From contig JAPDJH010000002.1 in assembly GCA_029259175.1 (NCBI GenBank), positions 96,001-160,000 of the forward strand: 64,000 bases of DNA, given 5' to 3'. Positions 1-8,381 of the stretch are shown here, piece by piece. The notes below the pieces were generated by a model. The model was not told the DNA's origin, ran no database searches, and saw nothing but the letters and a program-made list of their open reading frames with translations. Numbering within the stretch: position 1 is the stretch's first letter; the number at the start of each line of letters is the position of its first letter. The translations under genes and the position numbers were made by a program. Source of the stretch: Hadesarchaea archaeon. Lineage in GTDB: Archaea; Hadarchaeota; Hadarchaeia; Hadarchaeales; Hadarchaeaceae.

Positions 1-1
1 G

Positions 2-691
2 GTACTCAGATTATATCATGCACGAATAGTTAGCGAGAAAGAGGCACCGGTTCTTCATCGCATTGTGGAGCGTATTGCTCAAAACGCGAAAATACCCAAA
101 CCGAAAATAGCAGTCATCCCTATAGAAACTCCAAATGCTTTTGCTACCGGTCGTTCCCCAGCACACTCCGTGGTGGCCGTGACTCGAGGAGCGCTTGAAC
201 TTTTGAGTGAAGAGGAGCTCGAAGGAGTGATAGGGCATGAGATGGCTCATATCAAGAACCGCGACATGCTGATCAACACGCTTGCAGCAGTAATAGGCGC
301 GGCTGTTACATATCTGATGTATTTCTCATTGTTTGCTGGAAGCGGTAGAGATCGGGAAGGATCCAGCAGCATTTTAGCAATCTTGGCCATAATCGTTGCA
401 CCGTTTGCTGTGATGCTTGTGAGATTTGCAATTTCACGTGCCAGAGAGTTTGAGGCCGACAAGAGTGGAGCTACTTTTTCCAGAAAACCCTTGGCCTTGG
501 CAAGCGCGCTTCGCAAGATAGAGTCTAAGGTGAAAACACAACCAATCACTGGTGGGAATCCTTCCACTTCGCATCTCTTTATAATCAATCCGTTTCGTGG
601 TGCTCGGCTGAGTTCGCTTTTCGCGACTCATCCTCCCACAGAGGAGCGGATAAAAAGACTGGAGTGGCTTGCCAAAACGGGACAATACTAA
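2..691 (+). CDS. htpX: Zinc metalloprotease HtpX (M48), 5'-truncated by the window edge
   Basis: PNAFATGR, HEMAH zinc motif, SRAREFEAD, LFATHPP; the frame is open back to position 2. Confidence 0.95.
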   Translation, partial: VLRLYHARIVSEKEAPVLHRIVERIAQNAKIPKPKIAVIPIETPNAFATGRSPAHSVVAVTRGALELLSEEELEGVIGHEMAHIKNRDMLINTLAAVIGAAVTYLMYFSLFAGSGRDREGSSSILAILAIIVAPFAVMLVRFAISRAREFEADKSGATFSRKPLALASALRKIESKVKTQPITGGNPSTSHLFIINPFRGARLSSLFATHPPTEERIKRLEWLAKTGQY

Positions 692-870
692 AATCCGAGA
701 AGAGAGGGGCCTACAAATCGAAGGGCTATCTCAAAGAGGATCACGCCGATAATGAAATAGAGCATGTGTTTTGGCTGTATCTTTATCCCGTGTCCTTCTT
801 CCTCAAAGTACCGGATCAGTCCTGCACCACTAACCGGCATTCTCTCTTGTCTTCTCCGCATCCTTCTCAC
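688..870 (-). CDS. secG: Preprotein translocase subunit Sec61beta/SecG
   Basis: Basic N-terminus, SGAGLIRYFEEE, KIQP and a single C-terminal TM helix. Confidence 0.85.
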   Translation of the reverse strand: MRRMRRRQERMPVSGAGLIRYFEEEGHGIKIQPKHMLYFIIGVILFEIALRFVGPSLLGF

Positions 871-1396
871 TAAGACTTTGGTTTCTTTTTATTAATCTTT
901 GTAGAATCTCTTCCTGAGTTCGTAATACATCGGTGCGTGTTCGTGCCCTTTGATACATGTGAAGTGGCTCAGCGTTTAGATGGAGGAATGTGTTGCCCCA
1001 TTTGAATGGTCGCAGAAGATCACGAGCTAGCTCCTCATATCCCAGAATGTAAAGCGCGGCAGATAGCGCTTCGGCTGTACTAAGTCTGGTGGGCCGTCCG
1101 TAGTTGATGGGATTGGCAGCCACCAAGTACGGAAGTGCACGTGGATGAACCCGCTTCCAGAGTTCCTTAAATGCTCGGATGTTGTGCCACGAACAATCGA
1201 TAGCGGTTATCCCAAACCTGTCTGCAATTGGTTTGTCTTCTGGCGAGAAGCATATCTCCGAGTGCGGATCAAGCAGAATGCTGGAGCGGGGCACACGGCG
1301 ATAGTGAACGGGAGTGAGAAGTCCTTGGTTGATCAGCCGGCGTGCCGTGCATTTTTTTGGATCGCATTCGTGAAGATGGAGAACATAAAGCTTCAT
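830..1396 (-). CDS. tsr3: 16S rRNA aminocarboxypropyltransferase Tsr3 (DUF367)
   Basis: CDPKKCTA, DCSW, LPYLVAANPINYG, LSTAEAL, FKWG motifs. Confidence 0.95.
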   Translation of the reverse strand: MKLYVLHLHECDPKKCTARRLINQGLLTPVHYRRVPRSSILLDPHSEICFSPEDKPIADRFGITAIDCSWHNIRAFKELWKRVHPRALPYLVAANPINYGRPTRLSTAEALSAALYILGYEELARDLLRPFKWGNTFLHLNAEPLHMYQRARTRTDVLRTQEEILQRLIKRNQSLSEKDAEKTRENAG

Positions 1397-1404
1397 CGAC
1401 GTAC

Positions 1405-2376
1405 CTATGCTTCCATGATGGATTTAATATATGCAGTTTCCTTCTGCAGAAGCTCTTTTCCCTCTAAGACCTGTTCGACACTCTTGAACGCCGTTTCAAG
1501 GACAATGGTCTCGACGCCTTTCCTTTTCACGATTCGTGCATATCTCTCCAAGTTGGCTCTCTTGAGCAATCCCCATTCTAGGTGTAGAGGAGGATGAAAC
1601 ATTTTCTCACCAGGCACATAGTCGTTCAAGTGGAGCTCTTTGATGAAATCTGCTGGGATTTCCTCCATTATATTTTCTGGTGGGTCTGGCACGTCTTTGC
1701 CATTATCAGCACGGGTAAACCAGTGCCCGATATCGAAGTTCAAGAATATTTCGACATCCTTTTCTCTCATTTCTCGGACGACTCGAATGCAGTCTGGGAG
1801 TTCGCTAAAAATTTCATCAAAGGCGGTGTTGTTTTCGAGGTGGAGAGCAATCCCTAAATCATTGCACATTTTTCCGAGCTCCTCCAAACTCTTTTTAAGA
1901 GATTCCGTTATGAGATTGAGATACCATCCCACTCTATGCCAGAAGGGCGCTGTTCCTGGATGGGTATTCACATAGATCGCTCCTACGTCCGCCGCGAATT
2001 GAATGCATTGTTTGTGGATTTTCACAGCAATTCTCCGATCGCTTTCCTGCGGGGCACATATGCTTCCTCCGACGTAGGAGTAGGGAAGATGGAGAGAGAG
2101 AGTGACATCATAAGATTTTGCTAGTTCTCGGATGTGTTGTCTTTCTTCCTTGCTCATATCTAAGTATGGATTCGGAGAATCCCCATCCAATTCTACGTGA
2201 TTCAATCCCAGCGCTTTTGTGATTTCCAGTTGAAGTTTCACATCTTTCTTCGCTTTCTCGAGAGCCAGCGCATTCATGGTTCCAAGGTCTATCTCTCCTC
2301 GCCGAAAAGCGGCCTTTTGTTCTTCAGACAGATGGTCATATACAAGACAGTTCGTGTAGTCTCTTCCCAGTCGCAT
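1405..2376 (-). CDS. Sugar-phosphate isomerase/epimerase, xylose isomerase-like TIM barrel (AP_endonuc_2 family)
   Basis: SLHLP, THPG, LENN, FDIGH, LHLND and H-x-P metal motifs; start moved to ATG 2376 because the longer ORF runs into the IS. Confidence 0.8.
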   Translation of the reverse strand: MRLGRDYTNCLVYDHLSEEQKAAFRRGEIDLGTMNALALEKAKKDVKLQLEITKALGLNHVELDGDSPNPYLDMSKEERQHIRELAKSYDVTLSLHLPYSYVGGSICAPQESDRRIAVKIHKQCIQFAADVGAIYVNTHPGTAPFWHRVGWYLNLITESLKKSLEELGKMCNDLGIALHLENNTAFDEIFSELPDCIRVVREMREKDVEIFLNFDIGHWFTRADNGKDVPDPPENIMEEIPADFIKELHLNDYVPGEKMFHPPLHLEWGLLKRANLERYARIVKRKGVETIVLETAFKSVEQVLEGKELLQKETAYIKSIMEA

Positions 2377-2456
2377 TCTACCGGTGAAGGTAATTCCATA
2401 GAATATTAAAAACTTCTGGATAATTCGGGCTTGGGACAAAAATCGATAGCGTGAGT

Positions 2457-2774
2457 TCAAGTTTCCTTCGCACGCCGGCCCGCAAGCCCCAGCACGCGCT
2501 CGTCCTGCGGTCTGAGTTCCACCGTCCACTCGTGGACTTCCGCCCGATGCCGCTTTAGGAACTCGACGACCCGCGGACCGTCCTCCTCCCGCACCAGCAC
2601 CACGTTTCGCATCACCCGCACGTGTGGGATCCCGCTCAGGAAGCCCGGTCTGAAATACCGGTACCGCCCCCGGTTCGAGTAGTCTGTGTACCCGTAGAAT
2701 TGCTTGCAGAACCGCATGACCTCCGCATGCTTCACGCGCCCGTATAGCTTGAAGACTATCAGTCGTCCACGCAT
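2457..2774 (-). CDS. IS-encoded small accessory protein, possible Cas2/VapD-like ferredoxin fold
   Basis: 105-aa ORF wholly inside the TIRs and divergent from the transposase; beta-alpha-beta pattern (LIVFKL...FCKQFYGY...RVMRNVVLV); the fold is inferred. Confidence 0.7.
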   Translation of the reverse strand: MRGRLIVFKLYGRVKHAEVMRFCKQFYGYTDYSNRGRYRYFRPGFLSGIPHVRVMRNVVLVREEDGPRVVEFLKRHRAEVHEWTVELRPQDERVLGLAGRRAKET

Positions 2775-2778
2775 TTCC

Positions 2779-2810
2779 TACGGTTAGATATTAACCGTAA
2801 GATTTATATA
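2779..2810. promoter_or_regulatory. Palindromic operator plus a shared bidirectional TATA box of the IS
   Basis: TACGGTTA-N5-TAACCGTA (2779-2799) next to TTTATATA (2803-2810), roughly 22-30 nt from both divergent starts (ATG 2774, GTG 2832). Confidence 0.6.
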
Positions 2811-2813
2811 CCT

Positions 2814-3881
2814 TTGGGTAGGGTTTTCATCGTGCCACGATTCGATCGAAAGCAGCGAGAGCTCAACCGGCTGATCCGCGAGATCAAGAGCAGGCGCTTT
2901 CCATACAGACCGCGCGAGGGGCGCGAGATCGACTGGTCGAAGTACGATCAGGCACAGCTCCGCGAGATCAACGACATGCTGCTCACGATCCGCGACGCGG
3001 TCGACGAGGCCGCGCTCAGGCTCGGGCTCGAGGAGTGGCACCCGGAGGGGCCAGGGAGACCGCCCTACCCTCCGGCGGACATGGCGAAGGCCCTGCTGAT
3101 CCAGCAGTACTTCGGAGTGTCCAACCGGGTAGCAGCCGGGCTGGTTCTCCTCTTCAGGGAGAAAATGGCGATCAGAGAAGCCCCCTCCTACAAGGCGATT
3201 GAGCGCGCTTACGAGTATCCGGAGGTGCTCGCGATTTTGGAGGAGGTGCTCAGGCTCACCCAGGAGCCGCTGAAATCAGTCGAGCACAACTTCGCGGCCG
3301 ACGGGACAGGCCTCCCAACCTCCGTCAAGCACAACTGGGAGCGCGACAGAGACGACGAACAGGAGCGAGCCAGTTTCCAGAAGCTCGTCGCGATGGTGGG
3401 AACCACGTACTCGCTGGTCTCTGCGGTCGAGTTTCCCGAGAACCCCTATGCCCACGACTCGCCTTTTCTCGAACCACTGCTTCACCGGACATCCGCTGTC
3501 TATCCGTCGATCGGGGTGGTCAGCCTCGACGAGGCGTTCCTGTCAAGAGAAAACTGCGAGCTGATAAATGCCGTCGGCGGAATTCCCCGCATAAGCCTGA
3601 AGCAGGGGATAACGCTCAAGCAAAAGGGGAGCCCCGCGTGGAGGCAAATGCTGCTGAGCTTTCTGACACGCCCTCAGGAATGGCTGCGTGAGTACCACAT
3701 GCGCTCGGTTGTTGAAAGCGTGTTCTCCGCGTTCAAGCGCAAATTTCAAAGGCCGTTGATGCGTCGCATCTCGAAGCGGAGGCGCACCGAGGCGCTGGCC
3801 CGGATCTGCACGTACAACCTTAGACGGCTGTGCTATCTCAGGTATCTCGAAGGCTTGGATGTTGGATGGGGAGCTAGCTAA
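2814..3881 (+). CDS. DDE transposase (IS4/IS5-like fold, ISA1214 group)
   Basis: AADGTG (D), SLDEAF (D), YHMRSVVESVFSAFK (Y-R-E-K motif); true start may be GTG 2832. Confidence 0.92.
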   Translation: MGRVFIVPRFDRKQRELNRLIREIKSRRFPYRPREGREIDWSKYDQAQLREINDMLLTIRDAVDEAALRLGLEEWHPEGPGRPPYPPADMAKALLIQQYFGVSNRVAAGLVLLFREKMAIREAPSYKAIERAYEYPEVLAILEEVLRLTQEPLKSVEHNFAADGTGLPTSVKHNWERDRDDEQERASFQKLVAMVGTTYSLVSAVEFPENPYAHDSPFLEPLLHRTSAVYPSIGVVSLDEAFLSRENCELINAVGGIPRISLKQGITLKQKGSPAWRQMLLSFLTRPQEWLREYHMRSVVESVFSAFKRKFQRPLMRRISKRRRTEALARICTYNLRRLCYLRYLEGLDVGWGAS

Positions 3882-3903
3882 TTTCGTCCCAAACCCGGAT
3901 AAT

Positions 3904-5703
3904 TCAGGACCCTTTGGGTTCTACCCACTCAAACTTTCGCTGAAGGGTTTTTGGATATATTTCGCGCCAATCATAGTTGAGCTTTTTGGCCCAGTAAAAG
4001 AAGGCTCGAGGGTCAATGTAGCTTTTGAGAGAGGTGTTGAGATTGTAGTTCTTTGTAGATTTTGCGATTTCGTATTTCACTTTGGCTATCAAGATTTTTT
4101 CACGATACCTTTTGACGCGCTCAAGATGTTTCATTTTCCTTTGTCTGGTTTTTTCCTTAAACTCTCTTTTCATTTTTCTTATTTTCTCCTTTTCTTCTCG
4201 AATTCTCTTCCTTAGCTTTTGAATGATTTGTTTTCTTCGAGGCGTTGTTTTTTTCTGTTTGAGCTCCTCGAGCCGGGTTTGAAGAGTGGCTAAGTGTTGC
4301 TCACGTTTTTTCAGTTTTTCAGTAAATTTCTCCCGCCGCTTTTTTTCGTCTGATTCGTATTTTTCTATAATAGAGCGAAGGGTTTGTTGTAGTTTTTTTA
4401 TTCGCTCGGCTTTTTTCTGAAGCGACTCTCTCCAATTTTTTGGAAGTTTTCGTTTGTGATTGCATTCGATGGCGGCATTGAGATTGGCTCGCACGGCGGC
4501 AAATTTTTTCATGATGGGGTGTTCGTCCGGCTTTACAGGATGTGTGTTGAGATATTCCTCAACGATTTTGGTCGCGTGGTAAGTGCGGAATACTTTTGCT
4601 GTGAGTCCCGGCATCACTTCTGAAAGAAAGGCATTTACCAACTCGGATCGAACTCCGTCGAAAATTCGCTCTCTTGGTGTTTTGATGAAGGATTTTAAGT
4701 TGGATAGAACTTTTTCTGGCAATTTTACTGTTTTGACCCACCTCACCGAATCTTTCCCCAAGAAATCGAATCTCACCGTACCGTCGGAGTTTATCTTCAC
4801 ATGTGATCCCCGAAGCGTAGTTGCACCAACCGTATCGGCTTCGTCTTTGTCTTTTTCGTCTCCCACCCGCAGCTTTAGCTTGTCTATTAAGTAGGCGACC
4901 GTTGCTATTTTGCGCCTCAGCTCATCCGGCGAGTCCAAGTTTTTCCAGATGTGCTCTCGAACTCTTTCAATATATTGCTCCAGTTTCCGCGCGGTGTCGT
5001 ATTTTTCTTTTTCCCTTAGCTGTCTGAACTCGAAGCTTTCGGATATCCACACGTATTTCATCTTCCCAGTAAGTTTGTCTCTCCATTTGGCTATCCATAG
5101 GGCCTTTGGATCGAAGACCCTGCCACCCCATTTTTCGCCCCGAGGAGTGGGAGGGGTCGGGGCGTTTGGGGAAAGATTGAGAATGATATCGGAGTAATAG
5201 ACTCTGGGCTTCCATCGCCCGCGCAACGGATGCTTTCCCCGACCCATGAATATGCCGGGCGGTTCAACGGTATAATTTGCGATTTCGACTCGTTGTCCGT
5301 TTATGATGGCATACCCATATCTTTCTTTGTTTTCTTCCCGTTGTTTTTTCCTCAGCTCGCTCAGGCGTTTTTTCTCCTCTTTTGTTAATTTTTCCTTTTT
5401 CTTCTTCTCCCTTTCCAACCACCGCTGTATGCTTGAAAAGTCGAAATCTTCGGGGCGCGCAACCGCTTTCAGCCCCAAAGCTTTTGAAAAATCCTTGAAA
5501 AAGTTTTTCACAAATACCGGATCTTTCACATACTCGGTCTCGAGCTTTTTTACCCAAGCGACTGCCATTTCTTCCTGCTCAGGATTGAGCCTGAGCCTTC
5601 TTCCTTTGTATTTTATGGAAAAGCCCACTGGTTCATACTCAGGAATAAGAACTCCGTTGTGTATGAGTTCCTTCATCTGAAACGAGTTGTTGTTTGGATC
5701 CAT
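3904..5703 (-). CDS. top1: DNA topoisomerase IB, eukaryote-like large type
   Basis: HNGV, EPPGIFMGRGKHP, LRVGDEKD, FLGKDSV, AKVFRTYHA, CNHKR, coiled-coil linker and SLKSYIDPR catalytic Tyr. Confidence 0.97.
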   Translation of the reverse strand: MDPNNNSFQMKELIHNGVLIPEYEPVGFSIKYKGRRLRLNPEQEEMAVAWVKKLETEYVKDPVFVKNFFKDFSKALGLKAVARPEDFDFSSIQRWLEREKKKKEKLTKEEKKRLSELRKKQREENKERYGYAIINGQRVEIANYTVEPPGIFMGRGKHPLRGRWKPRVYYSDIILNLSPNAPTPPTPRGEKWGGRVFDPKALWIAKWRDKLTGKMKYVWISESFEFRQLREKEKYDTARKLEQYIERVREHIWKNLDSPDELRRKIATVAYLIDKLKLRVGDEKDKDEADTVGATTLRGSHVKINSDGTVRFDFLGKDSVRWVKTVKLPEKVLSNLKSFIKTPRERIFDGVRSELVNAFLSEVMPGLTAKVFRTYHATKIVEEYLNTHPVKPDEHPIMKKFAAVRANLNAAIECNHKRKLPKNWRESLQKKAERIKKLQQTLRSIIEKYESDEKKRREKFTEKLKKREQHLATLQTRLEELKQKKTTPRRKQIIQKLRKRIREEKEKIRKMKREFKEKTRQRKMKHLERVKRYREKILIAKVKYEIAKSTKNYNLNTSLKSYIDPRAFFYWAKKLNYDWREIYPKTLQRKFEWVEPKGS

Positions 5704-5764
5704 TTGGCCACACCAGATTTTTTATTTTTTCTCTAAGGAATTATATGCTTAGTTGGCGATAGAA

Positions 5765-6736
5765 ATGGTCAGAAAATTAAAAGTGGAGGAGGCAGTTGGA
5801 CATCGATTGGCTCACGACGTTGTTCAGTATGGGCCGAATTTGAAGGCCGTTATCTTTAAGCGCGGCCACTTGATTAGAGCCGAAGACATAGAGCGTTTGA
5901 AGGATTCCGGAAACTATTATGTGTATGTCGAGGGTGGAGAAGAGCAAGGGATTCACGAAGACGAAGCAGCCATCCGCTTGATGAGAGCTGCAGCCGGAAA
6001 GAACGTTTTTTTATCACGACCCAACAAGGGAAGGGTTGATGCATTCGCGTCTATCCCTGGGATCCTGCGCGTCAACGTGTCTCTTTTGAGAGAAATCAAT
6101 TCGATAGATGGTTTCATATTAGTGAGTAGAAAGGATTACTCGCTTGTAGGAAAAAGCGAGCTCGTAGCGTCGGGCAAGATAGTTCCCTTATTCATTTCAG
6201 AAATAGAGTTGCGGCGGGTAGAGAAGACTCTCAGATCGCAGACACCTGGAATAGAAATCTTTCCTCCACAAAAGAGAGCGGTGTGTGCAATCATAACTGG
6301 AACTGAAGTGTACGAGGGTCGCGTAAAGGACGGTTTTGTTCCGGCCATAAATACTAGACTAGAAAAAGTGGGGCTGAGATTGAGCAAGATCTGTTATGTG
6401 CCCGACGACGTAGAGCAGATAAAGAGCGCAATTCTGGATAGCGTGAAAACCGCTGATATTGTGTTAGTCGGGGGAGGAATGGCGGTTGATGCTGGCGATG
6501 TTACTCCGGAAGCGATCAAAGCAACTGGAGCAAAGGTAGTTTCGAGAGGAATTCCGGTGTTTCCCGGTGCAATGTTGATGGTCGCTTATCTCGACTCCAT
6601 TCCGATTCTTGGCCTTCCGGCATGTGTTATTCCGGACAGATTGACCAGCTTTGATTTGCTCCTTCCAAAGCTTTTGCTTGGCGAACCGATCACGAAAGCG
6701 ATGATTATAGAACTTGCACACGGGGGGTTGCTTTGA
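5765..6736 (+). CDS. Molybdopterin-binding protein (MoeA-like, MoCF_biosynth domain)
   Basis: LAHDV, FKRGH, ITGTEVYEG, GGMAVDAGDVTP, PVFPGAM, GLPAC. Confidence 0.85.
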   Translation: MVRKLKVEEAVGHRLAHDVVQYGPNLKAVIFKRGHLIRAEDIERLKDSGNYYVYVEGGEEQGIHEDEAAIRLMRAAAGKNVFLSRPNKGRVDAFASIPGILRVNVSLLREINSIDGFILVSRKDYSLVGKSELVASGKIVPLFISEIELRRVEKTLRSQTPGIEIFPPQKRAVCAIITGTEVYEGRVKDGFVPAINTRLEKVGLRLSKICYVPDDVEQIKSAILDSVKTADIVLVGGGMAVDAGDVTPEAIKATGAKVVSRGIPVFPGAMLMVAYLDSIPILGLPACVIPDRLTSFDLLLPKLLLGEPITKAMIIELAHGGLL

Positions 6737-7308
6737 TTGGCGCCGTAATACTGGCTGCTGGAGAATCACGGAGAATGGGAAAATTCAAGCCCTTAATCGA
6801 GATTGAAGGAAAACCGATGCTTCAGCACGTGATTGAAAACTTTCAGCCTCTCGTCGAAAAAGTTGTGGTGGTGTTAGGATTTAGCGCAGATTTGCTCATT
6901 CCCTTAATACAACGACTCGGTGCGGAGTACGTGATAAACGAGTCTTATCGGAAAGGGATGGCCTCCTCTTTTAAGAAAGGATTGGAGCAATGTCTTGACT
7001 GTGATGCAGTTTTTCTGGCTTTAGGAGATCAGCCTTACGTGGATCCACATTATCTGCGAAGAGCCATTCAGACCTGGAAAAATAGCGCAAAAGTGGTGAG
7101 TCCCGTTTATCAGGGGAAGAAAGGTCATCCTGTTCTAATCGACAAATCTCTATTCAATGAATTTCTAAGCATTTCACCAGAAGAACAGCTCCGAGATGTA
7201 CTTCGTCGTCATTCTGCGGATCAAGTGCTTTTAGAGGCGGGCAAGTGGGCGATCGTTGATTTGGATTTCCCGGAAGATCTCAGCTTGATCAGAACCGGAG
7301 AGCTTTGA
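6733..7308 (+). CDS. Molybdenum cofactor cytidylyltransferase-like NTP transferase (MocA family)
   Basis: ILAAGESRRMG..K, GMASS, LGDQP, GHPVL, DLD motifs. Confidence 0.88.
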   Translation: MIGAVILAAGESRRMGKFKPLIEIEGKPMLQHVIENFQPLVEKVVVVLGFSADLLIPLIQRLGAEYVINESYRKGMASSFKKGLEQCLDCDAVFLALGDQPYVDPHYLRRAIQTWKNSAKVVSPVYQGKKGHPVLIDKSLFNEFLSISPEEQLRDVLRRHSADQVLLEAGKWAIVDLDFPEDLSLIRTGEL

Positions 7309-8377
7309 CAGGACAAACGGTTACACAGAGGCCGCATCCGTAGCATTTCGAAGTGTCGACTCTAGCTACTCTTCCCACAACGTGGATCGCATCATATGGG
7401 CAGTGTTTTTGACAGAGCCCGCACGCGGTACACCTAGAGGCGATTACTTCCACGGGTTTGGCCGAAACTCGCAGGGGCTCGTCGCGCAGATGGGGCAGAG
7501 CTTTTCCTTTTATATCTGCAATGGCAGAGTATCCCTTTCGTTTCATGAACTGTGCTAACTGGTCGGCTATGATCCCGTATATCTGAGGCCCCCTCACGAT
7601 AGCAGCTGTACACACCTGAACTGCTGATGCCCCGACCATGAGGAACTCGGCCGCATCGTTGCCCGTAGAGATACCTCCCACTCCAATCACTGGTATGTCT
7701 ACTGTTCGGGCAATGTCAGCAACGCAACGCACGGCTAGTGGTTTGATTGCCGGTCCGGACAACCATCCATATCCGTGTGGTGAGCCCATGTATGGCATGG
7801 CTGTTTCGATGTCGACTGCCAAGCATGGACCGAGCGTGTTTATTGCTACTATTCCGTCAGCTCCAGCTTCTGCAGCGGTTTTTGCGAAGATCTTTATATC
7901 GAGCACGTTTGGGCTTAACTTGACGAACACCGGGACCTCAACCACCTCTTTTGCAGCCTTTACTGCTGCCGCTACCGGAGATGGATCGTTGCCCAGATAG
8001 TGGGTGGACAGTTCAAGAGCGTCGGCTCCCGCATCCACGACTTTTGGGGCGACCTCCTTTATCTCCTCAGCTTTATACCCTACGCTGGCGATGAGCGGCA
8101 AGCCAGTCTTTTTAGCCTTTTTGTACTCCTCTTTAACCCACTGTTCAAGGGGCAGATCCGACCAGAGCTCAGCATTGAGTAAACTATCTTTTATTTTAGC
8201 TATGCATGGCCTCGGGACTTGAGCTGGGGCCACGCTCACCGTTTTTGCAACTAGACCTCCAGCTCCACCCTCGGCAGCTTTTACTAGCATATCGCCGTTC
8301 CACACGTTTGGCCCAGCAGCTGGCATCACAGGATTTCGAAATTTCAGCCCCACGATCTCTACGGACAAATCCACCAT
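7289..8377 (-). CDS. Dihydroorotate/dihydropyrimidine dehydrogenase-family flavoprotein with C-terminal 2x[4Fe-4S] domain (PreA-like)
   Basis: NPVMPAAGP, VAKT, FVKLSPN, AINT, LSGPAIKP, GVGGI; two CxxCxxCxxxCP motifs. Confidence 0.88.
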   Translation of the reverse strand: MVDLSVEIVGLKFRNPVMPAAGPNVWNGDMLVKAAEGGAGGLVAKTVSVAPAQVPRPCIAKIKDSLLNAELWSDLPLEQWVKEEYKKAKKTGLPLIASVGYKAEEIKEVAPKVVDAGADALELSTHYLGNDPSPVAAAVKAAKEVVEVPVFVKLSPNVLDIKIFAKTAAEAGADGIVAINTLGPCLAVDIETAMPYMGSPHGYGWLSGPAIKPLAVRCVADIARTVDIPVIGVGGISTGNDAAEFLMVGASAVQVCTAAIVRGPQIYGIIADQLAQFMKRKGYSAIADIKGKALPHLRDEPLRVSAKPVEVIASRCTACGLCQKHCPYDAIHVVGRVARVDTSKCYGCGLCVTVCPVKALRF

Positions 8378-8381
8378 TTGC

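Larger units (their letters stand above)
2427..3896. mobile_element. Complete 1470-bp insertion sequence, ISA1214-like (DDE transposase plus a divergent small ORF)
   Basis: Imperfect 17-bp TIRs GGGCTTGGGACAAAAAT (2427-2443) and revcomp GGGTTTGGGACGAAATT (3880-3896); 9-bp direct repeat GGATAATTC at 2418-2426 and 3897-3905; GC higher than the flanks. Confidence 0.92.

Noticed and set aside
2457-2774. A CRISPR-Cas locus suggested by the Cas2-like small protein
   Set aside because: I saw no repeat-spacer array or other cas genes in the window, and the gene lies inside IS TIRs
4130-4450. T-rich low-complexity tract
   Set aside because: It is the Lys/Glu/Arg-rich coiled-coil linker of TopIB on the minus strand, not a repeat element
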